From Podospora anserina (lineage: Eukaryota): a DNA stretch of 64,000 nt. Shown piece by piece: positions 57,384-64,000 of this stretch. Numbering within the stretch: position 1 is the first letter of the stretch; each line of letters starts with the position of its first letter. The stretch spans positions 2,604,001 to 2,668,000 of the forward strand of contig CM030333.1 of NCBI GenBank assembly GCA_017654855.1, read 5' to 3'. The position numbers and the translations under genes were made by a program. The notes beneath the pieces are model-generated. The model searched no databases, was not told the origin of the DNA, and worked only from the letters and a program-made list of their open reading frames with translations.

Positions 57384-59381
57384 GATTGTCTTGAGAGAGC
57401 AACAATCTCGCCAATTCCAAAAAACACACAGCGATATCAAGACGAATGGAGAGTGGATTGCGGGATCGGAGGGGACGATTGCAAATGTCTCCAATTCGAG
57501 TGGGCGGGCGACATGAAATTTTAGTGGGGAGTGGCCACCGGCCGGCAAAAGACCCCTGTCGTTTGGACCCCAGATTGCCGTTCGCCCTCACCGTTCACCG
57601 CACTGCTCACGTGCCCACCGGCAGAGGGCTCACCGTGGCCCTTGGCATCTTTACGGAGTACCGCGGTGCCATGATACCGAACCCACCTCGTCTATGACCT
57701 CAGCACCATCTAAAACACCGAGGAATTTGGGCGTCGATACCCCTGGTGAGCCATTTTGATGTACATGGTTTCATTATGAGCCACAATTCGCACAATAAAT
57801 CAGCCCGCAGCCGGGACCTTTCATAACTTCAAAAGCATGTGATCCCGGGATACTGTGCCGTGCTCCGTACTTCTTATTCGCAGGACGGGGAGCGCAGGCT
57901 CCGGACAGTTTGTATGTCGGAGCAAATCCTGCCCGGACATGTGACGGGACCATACCGGCAACATCGCACACCTTCCGCAGACCTGTGTATCGCCAGAGGC
58001 CTCCAGAAATGAGCTGTGAGGCGGTGACTATGGTATACGTATGCGGTATGTGTAGATAATTTCCGAGTTTTCCGTCGTCGTCGAATGATTGTTTCGAGTT
58101 ACGGCAAGAGGCGCTGGTAAGGTAAGGGCTGGAAAAGGGGCCAACTTGACAGTTCCATATCCAACACTGTGGGTGACCTGGGATCTCCATGTGTGCAGAC
58201 TTGTTGAGCCTCACGAAGTTGAGGTTAAAGTAAACAAACTTGCGGTTACAGCCGAAGGAAACCCAGAGCTTTGGGAAGATGCAGATGCTTGGTAGATACG
58301 GTTATGGGAGCTTATTTAGGCCACCCCGGGCGTGCTCGTGTTCGCATTCCTCGCATCTTGAGCTCCCGTCCCAAGATCCGCGTATTCAGAATCTTATCGA
58401 TCAAGGGGACAAGGTTAGCAGCGCTCCAATCAGCCCAATCGGGGAATTCGTGGCCCAATCACAGCGGCTATGCGCCAATAAGAGGCTGACAAAGCCGTCC
58501 TATTTCCTATCGGGGACACACCAACACCGATGTCCGACAAACAAAGAGATGCACAGAAGCCGCCCAGACTCCACCAGTTGCATTACGTAGCCGGCACGCA
58601 CACTTCCCGGCCACATTTCGCAGTCTTTGCGAGGTGCCAGTGGACCAGAGAAGACCAAATCGACACAGTCCTGAAAAATCCAATTGAAGATATCTCCACT
58701 CGGAGTGCTGGCTGTCCCCCTGGCCCCTGTCGACCAAAGCGAGGGCGGGAAGATTCCGGCGGTACACAAGGAGCTCTTTGGGCATCCTCTATGAAGGAAC
58801 TTTGGATGACTCTGCCAGATTCAACTCACCTCACTCGATACTTACGAGCATCTCCCAATAAGCATCAGATATCCCCGCTCCTGCAGCGTCACTTCAAACT
58901 TTAACCGTGGGTACTTATACGCCGAGGTGGGTGGCACAGGTCACACACAGTGTCGCTGACTGAGCTTAGGCATCCAGGGTGTTATTATTCAGGGAGAGCT
59001 TCTTTCGAAAACGAAAACGGTCTGGGAGTGGAGTTGAAGATCTCTCCCGCCATCTACACACCGCGCCCACGGTACGGCACCTACTAAACCCCCACCATAC
59101 CCATACCTCTTTTGCCCCTCCATTCTTAACGCCCGCCACACGCCCTCGCCCTCGACCTTGTTCTTGAGGTTCCGACGAGGTTCCAAGTTACTCACTCCTT
59201 GCGGTAGCTGCTAGGTTCGAAAGAATACGGATTCGAGAAAATAGACTCGGCGTAGCATCATGCTAGCTGATTAGTCCCAATTCGCCTCTTCTGACTCTTT
59301 CGTTGTTGGTCTTGTTTCTCCTGCTCTCTCCGACGCGCGCAAAGGCAAAGGTTGTGCCACGGCTTGTTTTCTTCCGTCGCC

Positions 59382-61630
59382 ATGGCATCCTCATCCACCC
59401 CAAGCTCAACCACTTCGGCCCCCGTATCGAACCCCTCCGTCGCGCCGCCACCCTCGAACAAGCCCACGCGCATTCTTGCCTGCGTTCTATGCCAACACCG
59501 AAAGATCAAATGCGATAGAAATTTTCCATGCTCCAACTGCACCAAGGCCAATGTCAAGTGTACACCATCCACTCCCGCCCCTGCGCGCAAGCGAAGACGA
59601 CCAAACCAGGACCTCCAGGAGAGGCTGGCTCGCTGTGAAGAGTTGCTCAAAGAGTATGCGACCGAGAAGCCCGAGGGCAGTGTGACGACGCCAAGAGCAT
59701 CGCAACAGCCCGCCTTCGATGAGAGCTATCTCAAATGGCAGCCAGCCGGCCAGCTGGTTAGGGATGAAGGGAGCATGCGGTTCATAGACAACCCGATGCT
59801 GAGCTCTGTTTATGATGAGGTGGGTTGTTCTTGTCGCCTGTGTATCGCAGTGGAAGAAACATGCACTCACATAGGATGCGTCCCATACAGCTTCGAGCAA
59901 TGAGGCAAATAGTCGACTCGGATGACCACGATGATAGCACGTCTGATACTGTGCCTGATGAGAACTCAGATCTCCTCCTTGGCGATGGCTCCCCCAACAT
60001 CAAAATCGAGACACTCTGGCCAGATGCCGCCCATGTGATACGTCTGTGGCAGATATATCTGGACAGGGTCAACCCACTGACAAAGATTATACACGTCCCG
60101 ACTTTGCAACCGTACTTGGCCGAGGCGGTCGGCGGGTCGCAGTCATTGCCGAAGAATGTCGAAGCGCTCCTCTTCTCTATTTTTCTCATGGCTGTTGTCG
60201 CGCTAGACGCAGATGAATGTCAGAATCTGCTGGGTTACTCGAGAGAGGAAGCGCTTCAAAGGTTCTCGTCGGGTGTGCGGTTGGCCTTGCTCAGGCTGGG
60301 CTTCCTTAAGACCCACGATTTGACCATTTTGCAGGCCCTTGTGATCTACTTGGTATGTCCATCAGCATCGTCTTGAAGGCGCTCCGGCTGCTAACACGGC
60401 GCACAGATCTCTCTACAAGGTCGATACAATCGCCATGCCGCGTGGATTCTCAACGGCGTAGTTATTCGTATCGCCCAAAAAATGGGAATGCATCGTGATG
60501 GCGAAACTCTTGGTCTCCCCCCATTCGAGTCTGAAATGCGCCGTCGGTTATGGTGGCAGATCATCATGGTCGATTCCAAATATGCCATCTTCTCCGGCCT
60601 CAGCCATTCGCTCCTTCCACGAAACTGGGACACAAAACCGCCCAAGAACCTCAACGACGCCGACATCTTCCCATCAGCGACAGAGCCATTCCAGGACCGC
60701 GAAGGGCCAACAGAGATGATTTTCTGCTTACTTATATACGCCTTTGCTAAATTCCTGGTGGAAACTCCGGGCTTCGATACCATGTTCTTGCTAACCTCAC
60801 AAAGCGACTTTGTATCCGAACGTGATGGAGGAGGCCCTCCTGAACAAGAAATGATCGAGTACCGGCGGACGGTAGAAACCTTGGGCAACAACCTCCTCAG
60901 CATTCTCGACAAGTATTGCGATCCTCTCGCCGGCCCAGTTCACCAAATGGCCGTCAACATGCGGACGCACATCATCGATAAGATCATGGAACTCATCACC
61001 CCAGCCAAACACCAGCCAGAATGGGGCGGAGAGGTCCGCACACTCAAAGACAACACCTTCAAAATCGCCATCGGCACATTAGAGCACAACGAAGCAAACT
61101 ACATCTCCACCAAGGACAAAGGCTTTATGTGGTTTTCCCTCGCACACTTCCAGATCGATATCTTCATGTACATGGCCGGCCAACTCTGCCACCGCACAGA
61201 AGGTGTACTAGTCGAACGGGCTTGGAGACAGGTTGAGGTGGTTTACACGTTTCACCCCGAGCTATTCGACACCAACAACAAACTCCATGCCGCGCTTGCA
61301 GTGTTTATCTTGAAGGCGTGGAGGAAGAGAGAAGAAACACTCACGCAAAGGACAGGCCACAGACCAGAGACACCGTTCTACGTGGACAGGCTAAGGACAT
61401 CGATGCCAAACGATGACTACAAATCGGAGCCTACACCACCAGATCCTTACACACCGGCGGCTTTGGCAGTGGGGGCACACACAGGCATCCCGGACAACAA
61501 TCTGGACTCATTCCTGGGGTACCTGGATGCTAGCGCATTGGACTGGGATATGTTTGGGAACCAGGTAAATGGCGGGGCAGGAGGCTCATCTTTTGGCGCT
61601 TTTGGGATGGGCCCCCAGGTAGAATGGTGA
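59382..61630 (+). CDS. Zn(II)2Cys6 transcription factor with Fungal_trans domain
   Basis: CVLCQHRKIKCDRNFPCSNC..C; introns 59820-59890 and 60353-60406; motifs VNPLTKIIHVPT, AQKMGMHRDG, EMRRRLWWQI. Confidence 0.94.
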
Positions 61631-63595
61631 TCTTTTTTCTTGGGATACAAGGATGGAGCTCGCGGGGAATATTTTTGGTGGATAAGACAAAAGAATCTTT
61701 TTGGTTTTGCTGTCTTTTTACCTTGGATATATGGCGGAATTTTACATGTACATGGCTTATTATCTCCAAGACCGGGGGAAGCATAGGGGAAAGTTGGGAG
61801 GTGGTCTAGATACCTTTTTATTTGTTTGTTTGTTGATCATGCTGGCAATGTTGATACCTTTGTTGGTATCATTGGGCTTTTGTTTCCATACCGGTCCATG
61901 ATTTGTGTGTAAAAACTCTACTCTTACGACTTTGACGATATTTAATTTTTTTTTGTTTTTTTTTGTGTTGGACATGGGATGGGCAGCATGGTGGGTTGGT
62001 GTGAAGTTAGCGGGAGGGCTGAATCACATTTTGAAGTATTTTTCAGTGATCCTGTCGTTTGCTTTTGTGTACACATGAGATGTTGGATCACTGTATAGGA
62101 TCACCCAGATGCAACACTATTCTTACAACCCCCCAACAACAACAACGAAAAGGGAACTCAGCTGCCAGTCTGGATCACCATCTGCTGCAGGCGCTGTATT
62201 CTTTGGGAAGTCTGCCTTATTTTGACATGTCACCAGAAGCGGAAGTAACTCCGATTACTCCCGGGTCGGGCTTCGGATATGCTGGTCAGAAGATGGAGGG
62301 CTTTGCTGACCGCATGCCTACCTCTCCCACCAGCCAACCTGTAAGAAGGGGTCCTGCTGGATGTGGGTCAACCAAGTTGGCTGCCCAACCGAGAATTCTC
62401 GATGATTTTATCTGACCAGTCACTGGCTGACACAACGAAGCTCAACAATGCAACTTTACCGGACCCTTAACGGGGTGGAGGGTATTTTAACGCTGGGATG
62501 GATGGGGCGAAGCTACCTATCAAGTTCACCTTAGAGATGACAGGTAACTGCATCATGCCAGGATCTTCTCCCCCCACCCGCACATGTTGTTCAGTCACGG
62601 GGGTCGGTCGATATCGGCTTGACCGGGGCCTATTAACGAACAAGGAAACAAGACCTTCCACTTGGAATGATGAGGGCCCTGAAGAAAAGATTGGTAGTCC
62701 TGACAAGAGAACCCATAGACCACTGAGTATAGTAGGACGGCTTTGGATATATATTACGGGATCGTCGAGAAGCATCAAGCGATCAGCAGAGGGGTCTGTT
62801 GACCATCTTTTGGGCCTCTGGATGCTTTCATCACTTTCTCTGCTTTTCTGTGCACGGCCGGACGGTGTAAAGCAGCGAAATTGAGCTTCGCAGGGACGAT
62901 GGTTGACTTGTGTTACCTTCCCCGATAGACGACCTGCATGTTGGGGATGTTGGTAGGTACCCAGGGAGGCGGGGGACTCAGCCCTATTGATGTTATCATC
63001 TATCTTGATGGGCGGAAGGGAAGGAGATCTTCCTGTACCGCTAGTATACCTTTTCACTAGAACGGGATTCGGGCAGATCTTGGGTCATTGTTCGGGTATT
63101 TTGTTCTCGTGAAGATAGATTCGTACACCTCCTCACCTGCAGGGTGTCGCTGTAGTCATGCAGAGTCCACAAAGTACCTGGCATGCCTGTCTCATCTTTA
63201 CCTATCTAACAACCCTCGTCTCTCCAGGACTTTGGATGACTAAGGGGAAAAAAGCATATACTTCCGCCGCCGAAGGAGAATTTAAAACTTTTAACAATAG
63301 CAGCAGTGTACAATTCACAAATCACAACCACCAATCCCTTTGTAAGTAGGTTTATAAACACATTTCCATTCTTTCCCGGAATAAGGTAGAGCCAAAACTC
63401 AAAAACAAAAAGTATATACAACTGAATCCTCCTCAAATCCCATCCCATCCAAACTGATGCTGATGATTTATCCTCCCCCTCCCCCCAAAACGCAATGCTA
63501 TGCTATGCCATGCAAAAAAAAAGAAAAAAACCCTTCTTTTCCTCCCAAATTTTTCTTACATCTCCCCCCTTCCAAGAATTCTCAAAGAGAGAAAC

Positions 63596-64000
63596 TTAGA
63601 TGCACTGGCTGTAGTAAGGGTTGAGAACAGTGCAAGTAGAGCCGGAAGCGCAAACGGTAGGGCCAGTCCAGCCGTTGCCACCGCACTGTCCCCACTTGGG
63701 AGCAACACCAGCACCGCCGGTAGGAGCGGGAGCGGCAGAGGTGGCAGGGGCGGAGGTGACAGTGACGAGGGTAGTGGTGGGGGGCTGGACGACAGGGGCG
63801 GAGGAGGTGGTGACGACGGGGCCGGCGGTGGGGGTGACGACGGGAGCGCCGGGGAGGGTGGCAGAGGCGGTGCGGGTGGCGGTGGACTTGCTCTGGGGGA
63901 TGGAGCTGACGGCGCCGGCGATGAGGGCAGGGCCGGGGACGGGGTAGTTGGGGCTGGCGACGTAGGGGTTGAAGAGGATGCCGGCGTCGTTGGCGCGGTA
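63596..64000 (-). CDS. 3' end of an AA9 lytic polysaccharide monooxygenase with linker and CBM1; 5' part lies outside the window
   Basis: [20 protein letters not shown] (AA9 C-terminus), a Thr/Pro/Ala linker, then [32 protein letters not shown] (CBM1). Confidence 0.92.
   Translation of the reverse strand, partial: YRANDAGILFNPYVASPNYPVPGPALIAGAVSSIPQSKSTATRTASATLPGAPVVTPTAGPVVTTSSAPVVQPPTTTLVTVTSAPATSAAPAPTGGAGVAPKWGQCGGNGWTGPTVCASGSTCTVLNPYYSQCI

Noticed and set aside
62059-63057. ORFs of 118-196 aa between the TF and the AA9 gene
   Set aside because: No recognisable motifs or consistent exon structure.

Overview
Eukaryotic, intron-containing DNA from a filamentous ascomycete (Sordariales; gene content and composition suggest the Podospora anserina species complex, by inference). 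About 17 intact genes, mostly housekeeping: two Zn2Cys6 transcription factors, a DHA2 MFS transporter, a secreted repeat protein, Lot5/ICln, a small unknown protein, MFAP1, POL12, a Sec14/PDR16-like protein, an MDR oxidoreductase, an atypical Zn-finger protein, a Dnf3-like P4-ATPase, a pah1-type homeobox gene, AAGAB/p34, an ABCC transporter, SEC61, MOD5, homoaconitase, and the 3' end of an AA9 LPMO-CBM1. An accessory island at about 41.7-49.3 kb carries three decayed tandem paralogues of a kinase-like (probably pseudokinase) family and a complete, RIP-inactivated Fot1/pogo DNA transposon with TIRs and a TA target duplication. A fourth, inverted 5' fragment of the kinase-like family lies at 54.3 kb. 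The most interesting items are that decaying pseudokinase cluster, a candidate Kex2-processed peptide precursor at 6.0-6.9 kb, and a recurring C-rich-then-G-rich strand skew inside genes. No tRNA, rRNA or CRISPR array was recognised. Exon coordinates were read by hand from GT..AG sites, branch motifs and frame continuity.
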